NCBI GenBank assembly: GCA_964532425.1
Contig: CAZHIA010000002.1
Span: forward strand, 169,798 to 233,797
Length of the DNA: 64,000 nt
Direction: 5' to 3'
Source: an uncultured Candidatus Saccharibacteria bacterium
Lineage (GTDB): Bacteria; Patescibacteriota; Doudnabacteria; UBA920
The first letter of the stretch is position 1. Each line of letters opens with the position of its first letter. The translations under genes and the position numbers were made by a program. The notes beneath the pieces are model-generated. The model ran no database searches, was not told where the DNA came from, and saw nothing but the letters and a program-made list of their open reading frames with translations. Positions 6,528-15,526 of the stretch are shown one piece after another.

Positions 6528-9004
6528 GTCAGCCACAAACTCTCTTTGACCTGCTGTTGACGTTTGAGCAGCGTGGTGGCCAAACAGCTATCATAGAACG
6601 AACTGGCGTGCGCCGGTTCAAGCGCAGCTATCGCGACTTGTTCGAGCGCACCGGCCAGATGGCCCATTTCCTCGCAGAACAGGGTGTAAACAAAGGCGAC
6701 CGCGTGGTAGTCTGGGCGCCGAACAGCTTCTGGTGGGCCGTAACGTACTGGGCCTGCGCATCGCGCGGTGCTGTGATTGTGCCCGTAGATTTTGGTTCGG
6801 GCCTTGAACGTGCCGCCAAGATCGCTGAACTGACCGAGGCAAAAGTTATTGTCCAGAGCCAGTTCAAAGCGGATCGGTTCGATGATTCGCGTGCAGTGCT
6901 CGCTGAAGAACTGAAGTATCTGCTGGATGGCCGTCCGGTCCTGTGTGACGATCCGGGGACTGCCCCTGAAGATCTGGCTGAGATCATGTACACTTCAGGG
7001 ACCACATCGGACCCGAAGGGTGTCATGCTGTCGCATCAGAATTTGACCGCCAACCTGATTCAGGTTACCGGCCATATCACCATCGGCAGCAACTACCGGT
7101 TCTTGTCCTTACTGCCGCTGTCCCATATGTTCGAACAGTTGGCGGGGTTTCTGGTGCCGCTCTATCTTGGTTGCCAGATTGTGTACCTTGGCACATTAAA
7201 GCCGACGGCGATCATGGAGGCATTTGCAGAAGAGGATATCTATGTAACCGTCATCGTGCCTCGGCTGCTTCAGGTGCTCAAGGAGAAAATCGAGAATACC
7301 CTCGCTGAAAAGCACTTGCTGGGAGGATTTGCCGCGCTCAAGTCTTGGGCAGCGGAAAAATCGCTTGGCATACGCCGTACGCTGTTCTATCCGATCCGTA
7401 AAAAATTTGGAAGCAATTTCCAATTTTTCGTCTCGGGTGGTTCAGCCTTGGACGGCGCTGTTTTTTCGTTCTGGCAGGGGATTGGTATCCCGGTCATCGA
7501 AGGTTACGGACTAACCGAGACATCACCAGTCGCCACGGCCAACACGCGCGAGCGGCAGGTGCTGCGGTCAGTTGGCGTGCCGCCCAAAGGCGTCACAGTC
7601 CGGCTGGCTGAAGACAGGGAGATTCTCATCAGTGGCGCCAACGTCTTCATGGGGTATTACAAGAATCCCCACGCAACGCTGGATGCATTCACTGACCAGC
7701 GGGAATTTAGAAGCGGTGATTTGGGCCGGTTCGACGAGGAGGGGAATCTCTACATCGACGGCCGCAAGAAAGAGATGATCGTCCTGCCGTCAGGAATGAA
7801 CGTGTTTCCTGATGATATTGAGGGGGTGCTGAATGCCTTACCGGGCGTTCAACAGTCTTGTATCGTCGGCAAGAAAACGACCGACGGCGAGGAAGTCCAT
7901 GCGGTGTTGATCCTTAATGGTAGCCGCGACCCCAAGGATATCATTCGGGAAGCCAATAGCAAGCTTGAAAGTACGCAGCAGATCACTGGTTTTACCATCT
8001 GGCCTGAAGCAAAGTTTCCGACCACCTCGACCCTCAAGATCCAGCGGACTAAGGTCCGTGACCAGATCGCCAAGGGCACCGGGGACGGACAGGTCAGCAT
8101 GGTGGGGGATGAGCTGCAACAACTGCTCGCCGAGGTTACCAAAAGGAACCCGGGTGAGATTACCGATGCGGCGAGTTTGGTAAACGATCTTGGCCTAACG
8201 TCCATCGGCCGGCTGCAGCTGGTAACCTACCTCGAACAGAAGTTCCGCCTCGACGTGGAAGAAGATGCAATCACTCCGCAGACGGTTGTCGGCGACCTTC
8301 GCCGCATGATCGAAAAGCGCGAACAGGTTCAGAGCGCTAACACTTTGCGGTTTTGGACCAACTCCGCGCCAACACGCGCCTTGCGGCGGGTAACCGATCT
8401 GCTGCTGTGGCTGTGTTTCTACCGGTGGTTCTTGCAGCTGAAGGTGGAAGGCATGGAAAATCTGGACAGGGTGGACTACCCGGTCATTTTTATCTCCAAC
8501 CATGTGAGCTACTTAGATCAGCCGGCCATCTACTTCGCCTTGCCGCGGCACATTCGTGCTCGGTTGGCGACGGCGGCTTGGGCTGAGTTTTTCACGAACG
8601 GGAATTCCATTCTGGTGCATCTGTGGAAGCGGGTGGCGTACGAGCTGGTTACCATCCTGCTCAATGTCTTCCCGTTGCCGCAGACCAAGGGTTTCCGCAA
8701 GTCCCTGCAGTTCATGGGCCGCTTGATCGATAACAAGATCAACTTCCTGATTTTTCCGGAAGGCGAGCGGTCTGCTGACGCGGAGCTTCTGCCGTTCATG
8801 CCCGGTCTCGGGCTCATGGTCAGCCAGTTGCAAGTGCCGGTAGTTCCGATCAAGATTACCGGCATTGAGAATGTCCTGCAAAAGGGCAGCAGCCGGCTGC
8901 GGCGGGGAACAGTCACGGTCCGGTTCGGCAAGCCCTTGCAGTTCGGGTTTGTCCCGCCGTCCGAGATTGTCGAAACGGCCCGCGAAACCGTTGCGACGCT
9001 CTAA
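6524..9004 (+). CDS. tri-domain fusion: AMP-binding acyl-ACP/CoA synthetase, embedded ACP-like carrier domain, and C-terminal lysophospholipid acyltransferase (PlsC/LPLAT)
   Basis: The AMP-binding domain shows 'YTSGTTSDPKGV' and 'GYGLTE'. The carrier domain has 'DLGLTSIGRL'. The acyltransferase domain has H(x)4D ('NHVSYLD') and 'FPEGERS'. Confidence 0.85.
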   Translation: MSQPQTLFDLLLTFEQRGGQTAIIERTGVRRFKRSYRDLFERTGQMAHFLAEQGVNKGDRVVVWAPNSFWWAVTYWACASRGAVIVPVDFGSGLERAAKIAELTEAKVIVQSQFKADRFDDSRAVLAEELKYLLDGRPVLCDDPGTAPEDLAEIMYTSGTTSDPKGVMLSHQNLTANLIQVTGHITIGSNYRFLSLLPLSHMFEQLAGFLVPLYLGCQIVYLGTLKPTAIMEAFAEEDIYVTVIVPRLLQVLKEKIENTLAEKHLLGGFAALKSWAAEKSLGIRRTLFYPIRKKFGSNFQFFVSGGSALDGAVFSFWQGIGIPVIEGYGLTETSPVATANTRERQVLRSVGVPPKGVTVRLAEDREILISGANVFMGYYKNPHATLDAFTDQREFRSGDLGRFDEEGNLYIDGRKKEMIVLPSGMNVFPDDIEGVLNALPGVQQSCIVGKKTTDGEEVHAVLILNGSRDPKDIIREANSKLESTQQITGFTIWPEAKFPTTSTLKIQRTKVRDQIAKGTGDGQVSMVGDELQQLLAEVTKRNPGEITDAASLVNDLGLTSIGRLQLVTYLEQKFRLDVEEDAITPQTVVGDLRRMIEKREQVQSANTLRFWTNSAPTRALRRVTDLLLWLCFYRWFLQLKVEGMENLDRVDYPVIFISNHVSYLDQPAIYFALPRHIRARLATAAWAEFFTNGNSILVHLWKRVAYELVTILLNVFPLPQTKGFRKSLQFMGRLIDNKINFLIFPEGERSADAELLPFMPGLGLMVSQLQVPVVPIKITGIENVLQKGSSRLRRGTVTVRFGKPLQFGFVPPSEIVETARETVATL

Positions 9005-9024
9005 CTCACTCACACCTATACGAT

Positions 9025-9061
9025 CCGCTGCCTGGCGTTTAAGCTGGGCAGCGGTTTTTTT
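9025..9061 (+). terminator. rho-independent terminator
   Basis: Hairpin ccgctgcc/ggcagcgg followed by T7. Confidence 0.65.
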
Positions 9062-9210
9062 ATACCATGGTGCTTTACCCTTGTTGATTGTAGATACTCC
9101 AGCTATACGGTGCCATACACGTCATTGTATGTCTGTTTTTCAGTTTTATATATTATAGTGAATAAGGGATTTGAATGACCTGAAACTTGGCTGGTGGCGC
9201 GGAAAACTTA

Positions 9211-9239
9211 TTGACGTTTAAGGGAAAAATTGGTATACT
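9211..9239 (+). promoter_or_regulatory. sigma70-like promoter (TTGACG, 17-nt spacer, TATACT) for the efflux operon, followed by a ~140-nt leader
   Basis: ttgacgtttaagggaaaaattggtatact. Confidence 0.5.
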
Positions 9240-9379
9240 TACAACTATATTATTCGTGTTTTGCAAAGCGGCTGAAAGCCATCGTTTAGGCATCAGAGAT
9301 TGCCGGCGCGTGGCGGCCTGAGCGCGTGCAATGTGGCTTTCACAACAACAATTTTATCAACTAACTTAATTATTTCCCT

Positions 9380-10945
9380 ATGGAAACTCCTGTCTCATAC
9401 GCGAAGCACCACAAATACATTTTTGGAACTTTGCTGGTCCTCGTTATTTTGGTGACCGCCATTGGTTCCCGTTTTATGGGTAAGAAGAACCAGCAGGCTG
9501 AGGTCAATCAGCTGTCCACGGTGACGCTGGTCAGCGCTCAGGATTATCTTAAGGATCGCGGACAAATTTCCGCCAATGGAATGGTTGAATCTCTGGAACA
9601 GGCAGAACTGCGCAGCCAGGCTTCCGGTCCGGTCACGAAGATTAATGTCCAAATCGGCCAGCAGGTAAGGAGCGGGCAGGTTTTGGTGACTTTGCAAAAT
9701 AATGACATTAGCGCGCAAATAGCCCAGGCCCAGGCTGTACTGAAGAGCCAACAAGCCCGCCTTGATGAGATGCGCAAAGGTGCTCGGAACGAACAGATTC
9801 TGTTGGAAGAAGCTAAACTGAATGCCGCCAAGCAAGGTCTGACTGATACCAAAGCCCAGCAAGACGTGCTGGTTAAAAGCGCTTACACAAGCTTGCTGAA
9901 TGCCGGGCTTACCGCCAAAGCGGGGAGCGGCAATAGCGGTTCGGGTAACCCGACCGTTTCCGGCAGTTATACCGGCACCCAGCAAGGCGAGTATGTGGTT
10001 ACCCTGTACGCCGCAAATGACGGAATGCATTACAAAGTGACGGGATTAGAGAATTATAGCGGTCTGATCAACTCGACTCCGCAATCGCTTGGTTCCCAGG
10101 GTTTGTTTATCCAGTTTCCCTCCGCCAATTTGAACGCGAACGACACATGGACTATTTCCATCCCGAATACCCAAGCTCCGACTTATACGGCTTTGAATAG
10201 CGCCTATCAGGCAGCGGTACAGGGACGCGAGACTGCGGTCAATGGTGCTCAGAGCGGGTTGAATGCCGAACAGAAAGCCTATGATCTCCTGGTAGCCGGC
10301 GCGACCAATGACCAAATTAGGCAGCAGGAGGCAGCAGTTGACCAGGCCAGTGCGGCAGTTGCCGCGGCATCCGCCCAGTATGACAAGACAGTCATCAAAT
10401 CCCCCATAGACGGCACGGTCGCATCATTGCCGGTCAAGTACGGCGAGCTGGTCAGTCCGGGAGCGCTTGTAGCTTCCGTAGTGAACAAGGGCGGCCAGCA
10501 GGTGAAGGCATACATTAGCGATTATGATCTTCCGTTTGTGGAAGAGGGGGCTGAAGTTGCCATTGGCGATAAGGCCACGGGCACGCTGGCACGCTTGTCC
10601 CCGAGTATTGATCCCCAGACTAAAAATGTCGAGGTACAAGTTGTTGTCACTGATCCGGCTGTAGCTGGTTTGGTCGTGGGTCAGAATGTGGCTTTAAAAA
10701 TTTCAACGAAGCAGTCGAGCGGTTCCGGCCCGGTGTTCTTGCTGCCGCTTCAGGCGGTAAAGGTTTCCGGTGGTGGTGCTTCGGTTTTGACCGTGAAAGA
10801 CGGTTCGATTATTGAAGAGCGCCCGGTGGAGCTTGGCTCTGTTTCCGGCGAGAATGTGGAAGTGAAAAGCGGCCTGACTCCCGATATGCAGATTATCTCG
10901 GCTGTGTATGATCTAAAAGCGGGGCAGAAGGTGAACGTGGAATAG
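9380..10945 (+). CDS. RND efflux periplasmic adaptor (membrane fusion protein, HlyD/AcrA family)
   Basis: N-terminal membrane anchor, long coiled-coil region and a C-terminal beta-barrel region with 'SPIDGTVASL'. Confidence 0.8.
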   Translation: METPVSYAKHHKYIFGTLLVLVILVTAIGSRFMGKKNQQAEVNQLSTVTLVSAQDYLKDRGQISANGMVESLEQAELRSQASGPVTKINVQIGQQVRSGQVLVTLQNNDISAQIAQAQAVLKSQQARLDEMRKGARNEQILLEEAKLNAAKQGLTDTKAQQDVLVKSAYTSLLNAGLTAKAGSGNSGSGNPTVSGSYTGTQQGEYVVTLYAANDGMHYKVTGLENYSGLINSTPQSLGSQGLFIQFPSANLNANDTWTISIPNTQAPTYTALNSAYQAAVQGRETAVNGAQSGLNAEQKAYDLLVAGATNDQIRQQEAAVDQASAAVAAASAQYDKTVIKSPIDGTVASLPVKYGELVSPGALVASVVNKGGQQVKAYISDYDLPFVEEGAEVAIGDKATGTLARLSPSIDPQTKNVEVQVVVTDPAVAGLVVGQNVALKISTKQSSGSGPVFLLPLQAVKVSGGGASVLTVKDGSIIEERPVELGSVSGENVEVKSGLTPDMQIISAVYDLKAGQKVNVE

Positions 10946-11098
10946 GAATTGACAAAATTTAAAAAATTGACAAAAATGTTCGGGCAAGAAACTGAAATAC
11001 AATTGTATTTCTACTGTATCTCAACTGTGTTACTACTGTATTCCAACAGTGTTGGCTTGCCAGTTAAGGCATATTAAATCAACTTTACCTTACGTACT

Positions 11099-14000
11099 AT
11101 GTCCGATCCTATTAACCCTTCTACTCCCCGCACCACCGACCAGCGCTACCTCGACCAGCTGGAATTCAAGCCGGAACTCAGAAAGACCTGGTTGAATTTT
11201 TTCGTCTCCAATTTCCGCGTGGTCATTCTCCTTATTATCCTGGTTAGCGGGGCCGGATTATATTCGTTCTTCCGCTTGCCGCGGGAATCCAATCCCGAAG
11301 TGAAGATCCCTATTGCCGTAGTTACGACGGTCTATCCCGGCGCTTCTCCTGCTGACGTGGAAGATTTGGTCACCAAGAAGATCGAAACCCAGGTCTCCGG
11401 CTTGAAGGGTCTCGATAAGATGACCTCGACCTCGGCCAATTCCTATTCGTCCATCGTCGTCGAATTCGACCCGAAGGAAGATTTGAAGGATTCCATCCGC
11501 AGCCTGCGGGACAAGGTGACTGATGCCAAAAAAGATCTTCCCGCGGATGCCAAAGATCCTGTCGTGACCGAAATCTCGCTGGATGACCAGCCGATTGAAA
11601 CCCTCGTCCTGACCGGGCCGTACGACGGTTTTACCATGCGCAAGTACGGCGAAGACCTTAAGGATGAACTGGAGAAAATCCCGGGCGTGCGCGAAGTTAA
11701 CATCTCCGGCGGCGACGAGAAGGAATTTCAGATCGCATATGATCCTGCCAAGTTGTTGTTTTACGGCATTTCCGCAGACCAGGCTAATCAGGCCGTTGCC
11801 GCCACCAATCTCGGCATACCTTCTGGCAACTTTGACGGCACAAAGTTCGTCTATCCTATCCGCACTGACTCGAAAGTCTATACTGCAGAGAGTATCGGCA
11901 ACATTGCCGTGTCCCATACCCAGGATGGGAGCGTGGTAACCGTGCGCGATCTGGGCCAGGTCAAAGAAACCTCCATCAAAAAAACCGTGTTGTCCCGCCT
12001 TTCCATTTTAGGTGACAAGCCGCAATCGGCCGTGACGCTGTCTATTGTCAAGCGCACCGGCAGTTCCATTTTGGACACTGCGGACAAAGCCAAACTGACC
12101 GCAGACAGCATGATCAAAACGTTTGCACCCGGCGTAAAGTACGATCTTACTTTCGATTCGGCCAAATTTGTCCGCGAGGATTTTAACCAGCTCACGCATG
12201 ACTTTATTCTGACCCTGTTGCTGGTCTTCGGCATATTGTTCCTTATTGTCGGACTCAAGGAGGCGTTTGTGGCCGGCCTTGCCATTCCGCTGACGTTCTT
12301 CATTAGTTTTACCGCGCTCGACATAATTGGTATTTCTTTAAACTTCCTTTCGCTATTCTCCTTGATTCTGGCTTTAGGTTTGTTGGTGGACGATGCCATT
12401 GTGGTCGTATCCGCTACCAAGCAGTACCTGCGGACTGGCAAGTACACGCCGGAAGAGGCGGTACTGCTGGTGCTCCATGATTTTAAAGTGGTACTGACCA
12501 CGACCACCCTGACCACGGTCTGGGCATTTTTGCCCCTGCTCTACTCTTCGGGCATTATGGGCGAGTACATCAAATCTATCCCGATTACCGTTTCCATAAC
12601 GCTCATCGGCTCGCTGCTTGTAGCTCTCATGATTAACCACCCGCTGGCTGCAGTGCTTGAACGGCTTCGCCTGACGCGGCGCTTTTTCTGGCTCCTGGAA
12701 GTGCTCATACTTATTATTGCCGGTATTTCCTTCATTGTTGGCGGCTGGGCCGGTTATCTCATTGGTGCTCTGTTGGTGGCGACTGAAATTTGGACTCTGG
12801 TCTGGTACGAGCGCGGGGGACATGCGGTGCTTATAGAGCATGAACAGTTATCCGAAAAAGAGTGGGAGAGCGACGAAGCGGTCAAACAGAAACTGCGCGA
12901 GCAGGCTAGCCACGAGAATCCTTCGCTGTCGAGCCGGCTCATGCATGGTATTATCCGCTTTGATCGGTTCCTGCCCATTTACGAAAAATACTTGCGCGCC
13001 GTTATTACGACCAAACAGCAGCGCCGAAGGCTCTACGTCGCAATAACGCTCCTGTTCCTTGTAGCCGTAGCCATGCCGGTCACCGGCATTGTTCAAAGCG
13101 AGTTCTTCCCGCCGTCTGATTCTGACTATGTCTACCTTGATATTCGCATGCCGGTCGGACAGAAACTGGAAGAGACCGACAAAATAGTAACACAGGTGGA
13201 AGAGAAATTGCTTCACTATCCGGAGATCGCCAATTTTTCCACGCTGGTCGGCCAGCCAAGCCCCCTCTCCGAAAGCAGCCGTGCCCAGACGAACCTAGCG
13301 TCCATTACCATTACACTGAAGGATAAGAAGATTAGAAAAGTAAAATCTTACGACTTTGCCGACCGCTTGCGTAACGAGGTCACTGACGTTGACGGCGCGG
13401 CTATTACCGTGTCTGCCCCGACCGGGGGGCCGCCGTCAGGCAGCGCATTCGAAGCACGCATCAAGGGCGATGACCTGAACAAGCTCAGTCAAATCGCTTA
13501 TGACTTGGAACCGAAGCTAACTTCCATCCCGGGCGTGATCAATGCCGATATTTCCCTCAAGGATAGCGCACCGGAATACACCTTCACCTTGGATCCTATC
13601 AAGCTGGAGCAGAATTCTTTGAATGCCGCGTACGTCGGTTCCACCCTGCGCATGGCTATTGCCGGTACGGATGTTTCCACCGTGCTCATTAACGGCAAAG
13701 AGGTGAAGATTGTCGCCCAGTTCGCGGACAACCAGCTACCAAGCTTGGAAGATGTGCAGAATTTGCAAATCCTGAACTTGCGCAAGCAGCCGGTCTTTTT
13801 GAAGGACGTAGCTCAGATAGATCTGAAGCCTTCCGTGGACAGCATTACCCGCATTGACCAGAAACGAACGGTGCTGCTGTCGGCCGGCGCCAACTCACAG
13901 ACAAACTCTAACATTATTCTGGCGCAGTTCAAGAAAAACATCGCGAACTACCAGCTGCCGGCAGGTTACAGCATTGTCTATGGCGGACAGAACGAACAGA

Positions 14001-14500
14001 ATCAGGAATCCGTAACCTCCATCATTGTGGCTATGATCATTGCCATGGTCCTCATTGTGGCCACCCTCGTCATCCAGTTCAACTCGTTCCGCAAAGCCTT
14101 CATTGTGCTCGTGACCATTCCGCTGGCATTAATCGGCGTATTTCTGGGCATGGCCATGCTGAACGTGCACTTAAGCTTCCCAGGCCTGATTGGTATTTTG
14201 GCCCTGTTCGGTATTGTGGTAAAGAATGCCATCATTCTCGTGGACAAGATCAACCTGAACTTGAAGAGCGGCATTGCATTTATGGATGCCGTAGTGGATG
14301 CGGGTAAGTCCCGGCTTGAGGCAATCTTCATTACTTCCATTTGTACCATTTTCGGCATTCTGCCGGTGACGCTCTCTAACGATCTTTGGCGGGCATTGGG
14401 TAGCGCGGTCATTTTTGGACTCATGCTGTCCTCGTTCCTGACACTCTTTATGGTGCCGACCCTGTTCGTGACACTGATTGGGGAGAAGGAGAGGTTTTAG
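11099..14500 (+). CDS. RND efflux transporter permease (AcrB/HAE family)
   Basis: 1133-aa product with 12-TM topology and two large periplasmic loops; AcrB-like N-terminus. Confidence 0.9.
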   Translation: MSDPINPSTPRTTDQRYLDQLEFKPELRKTWLNFFVSNFRVVILLIILVSGAGLYSFFRLPRESNPEVKIPIAVVTTVYPGASPADVEDLVTKKIETQVSGLKGLDKMTSTSANSYSSIVVEFDPKEDLKDSIRSLRDKVTDAKKDLPADAKDPVVTEISLDDQPIETLVLTGPYDGFTMRKYGEDLKDELEKIPGVREVNISGGDEKEFQIAYDPAKLLFYGISADQANQAVAATNLGIPSGNFDGTKFVYPIRTDSKVYTAESIGNIAVSHTQDGSVVTVRDLGQVKETSIKKTVLSRLSILGDKPQSAVTLSIVKRTGSSILDTADKAKLTADSMIKTFAPGVKYDLTFDSAKFVREDFNQLTHDFILTLLLVFGILFLIVGLKEAFVAGLAIPLTFFISFTALDIIGISLNFLSLFSLILALGLLVDDAIVVVSATKQYLRTGKYTPEEAVLLVLHDFKVVLTTTTLTTVWAFLPLLYSSGIMGEYIKSIPITVSITLIGSLLVALMINHPLAAVLERLRLTRRFFWLLEVLILIIAGISFIVGGWAGYLIGALLVATEIWTLVWYERGGHAVLIEHEQLSEKEWESDEAVKQKLREQASHENPSLSSRLMHGIIRFDRFLPIYEKYLRAVITTKQQRRRLYVAITLLFLVAVAMPVTGIVQSEFFPPSDSDYVYLDIRMPVGQKLEETDKIVTQVEEKLLHYPEIANFSTLVGQPSPLSESSRAQTNLASITITLKDKKIRKVKSYDFADRLRNEVTDVDGAAITVSAPTGGPPSGSAFEARIKGDDLNKLSQIAYDLEPKLTSIPGVINADISLKDSAPEYTFTLDPIKLEQNSLNAAYVGSTLRMAIAGTDVSTVLINGKEVKIVAQFADNQLPSLEDVQNLQILNLRKQPVFLKDVAQIDLKPSVDSITRIDQKRTVLLSAGANSQTNSNIILAQFKKNIANYQLPAGYSIVYGGQNEQNQESVTSIIVAMIIAMVLIVATLVIQFNSFRKAFIVLVTIPLALIGVFLGMAMLNVHLSFPGLIGILALFGIVVKNAIILVDKINLNLKSGIAFMDAVVDAGKSRLEAIFITSICTIFGILPVTLSNDLWRALGSAVIFGLMLSSFLTLFMVPTLFVTLIGEKERF

Positions 14501-14682
14501 GGGAACAATTGACACTTGACCTTTGACCATTAACAGCTGACAAGGGCAAATTGTCAGTGGATGAGTTCATGTAAGAGGTGTAGGGAACGGCTCGCTTCGC
14601 TTCACGGGCGAAGCGGGTTTAAAACCGTTCCCTGAGAGACTGGATCGATGTCTGGATGCACGTTTGGCATCAAAATAAAAAC

Positions 14683-14707
14683 CTTCCCGTTGCGGGAAGG
14701 TTTTTTT
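14683..14707. terminator. bidirectional rho-independent terminator
   Basis: ccttcccg/cgggaagg hairpin with an A-tract before and a T7 tract after. Confidence 0.65.
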
Positions 14708-14715
14708 GTATGAAG

Positions 14716-15309
14716 TTAGGCGCGGGAGGGGGATTGGGCGAGGAGATTGTTCTTGACCATCCAAATGGCCAAATAGCCGGCCAAGGGCAGACCCCATACG
14801 GGCCACAGGCCGAGCAGGCCTAACAGGAGCCAAGCGTCTTTTTTGGTAAAAAGGTAACCGGAGACGCCGAGATAGATCATCCAAACGATCATATCAACAA
14901 AGTTCGGAACAAATGACTGGTTGCTGTTCCAATTGTTAAGCCATAAGTAGAGGGAGAGGCCAGCCAGGATCCAAAATCCGGCATTGAACTTTCGCCAGAG
15001 GGCTTCGGCGTGGTGGGTGGGGGAGGGGTGTCTGAGGCGGAAGCTGATCGAGCCGAGCCAGAGCAGGCCGAAGAAAATTATCAGGAGGTTGATGAAAGCG
15101 GGCAGTACGTCGAACGCGAAGAAATTCCAGGAAAAGTTGTTTCCAATGGCAACGCTCCACGGTGCTCCCAGGATACGAAGGCCGAAGTCCGCCATTTGCA
15201 CATTTTGGTGGAGAATGAAGTCGCGGAACACGAAGATGTAAATGGCAAGATAGATGATCGCAGCCGCCGCGGCTACGGGCACTGCAGGGATATGTTTTTG
15301 TTTCGACAT
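14716..15309 (-). CDS. hypothetical polytopic membrane protein
   Basis: 197-aa product, Trp/Leu-rich with multiple transmembrane helices. Confidence 0.55.
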   Translation of the reverse strand: MSKQKHIPAVPVAAAAAIIYLAIYIFVFRDFILHQNVQMADFGLRILGAPWSVAIGNNFSWNFFAFDVLPAFINLLIIFFGLLWLGSISFRLRHPSPTHHAEALWRKFNAGFWILAGLSLYLWLNNWNSNQSFVPNFVDMIVWMIYLGVSGYLFTKKDAWLLLGLLGLWPVWGLPLAGYLAIWMVKNNLLAQSPSRA

Positions 15310-15526
15310 AGTTTTTGCTTGTTTGATTTTACTGTACCATGTTTTGCGTGAGTATGCAATCTTGTATATTTGTCAAAGTATCTCAATGTAGCGTGCCGAT
15401 TCATCGGCCATATGGACCAACCGGCCCATAAATGGGCACGCTACAGAATCAATAGAGACGTAGTGACTCTTGACTAAAGCAGCAATTTATAGTATCCTAT
15501 ATTTTCAACTTAAGGAGGAAACAACA

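Noticed and set aside
8513-9013. Minus-strand ORFs of 133-166 aa inside the acyltransferase fusion gene, and a run of antisense ORFs inside the RND pump gene (11258-14530)
   Set aside because: They are antisense to genes with clear domain signatures, so they are chance open frames in GC-rich DNA.
10946-11098. LexA/SOS box in the adaptor-pump spacer
   Set aside because: The CTGT...ACAG units are separated by 6 nt, not the 8 nt of the consensus.
14567-14884. Minus-strand 105-aa ORF spanning the structured intergenic region and terminator after the RND pump gene
   Set aside because: It crosses two stable hairpins and a bidirectional terminator, and it has no SD sequence.
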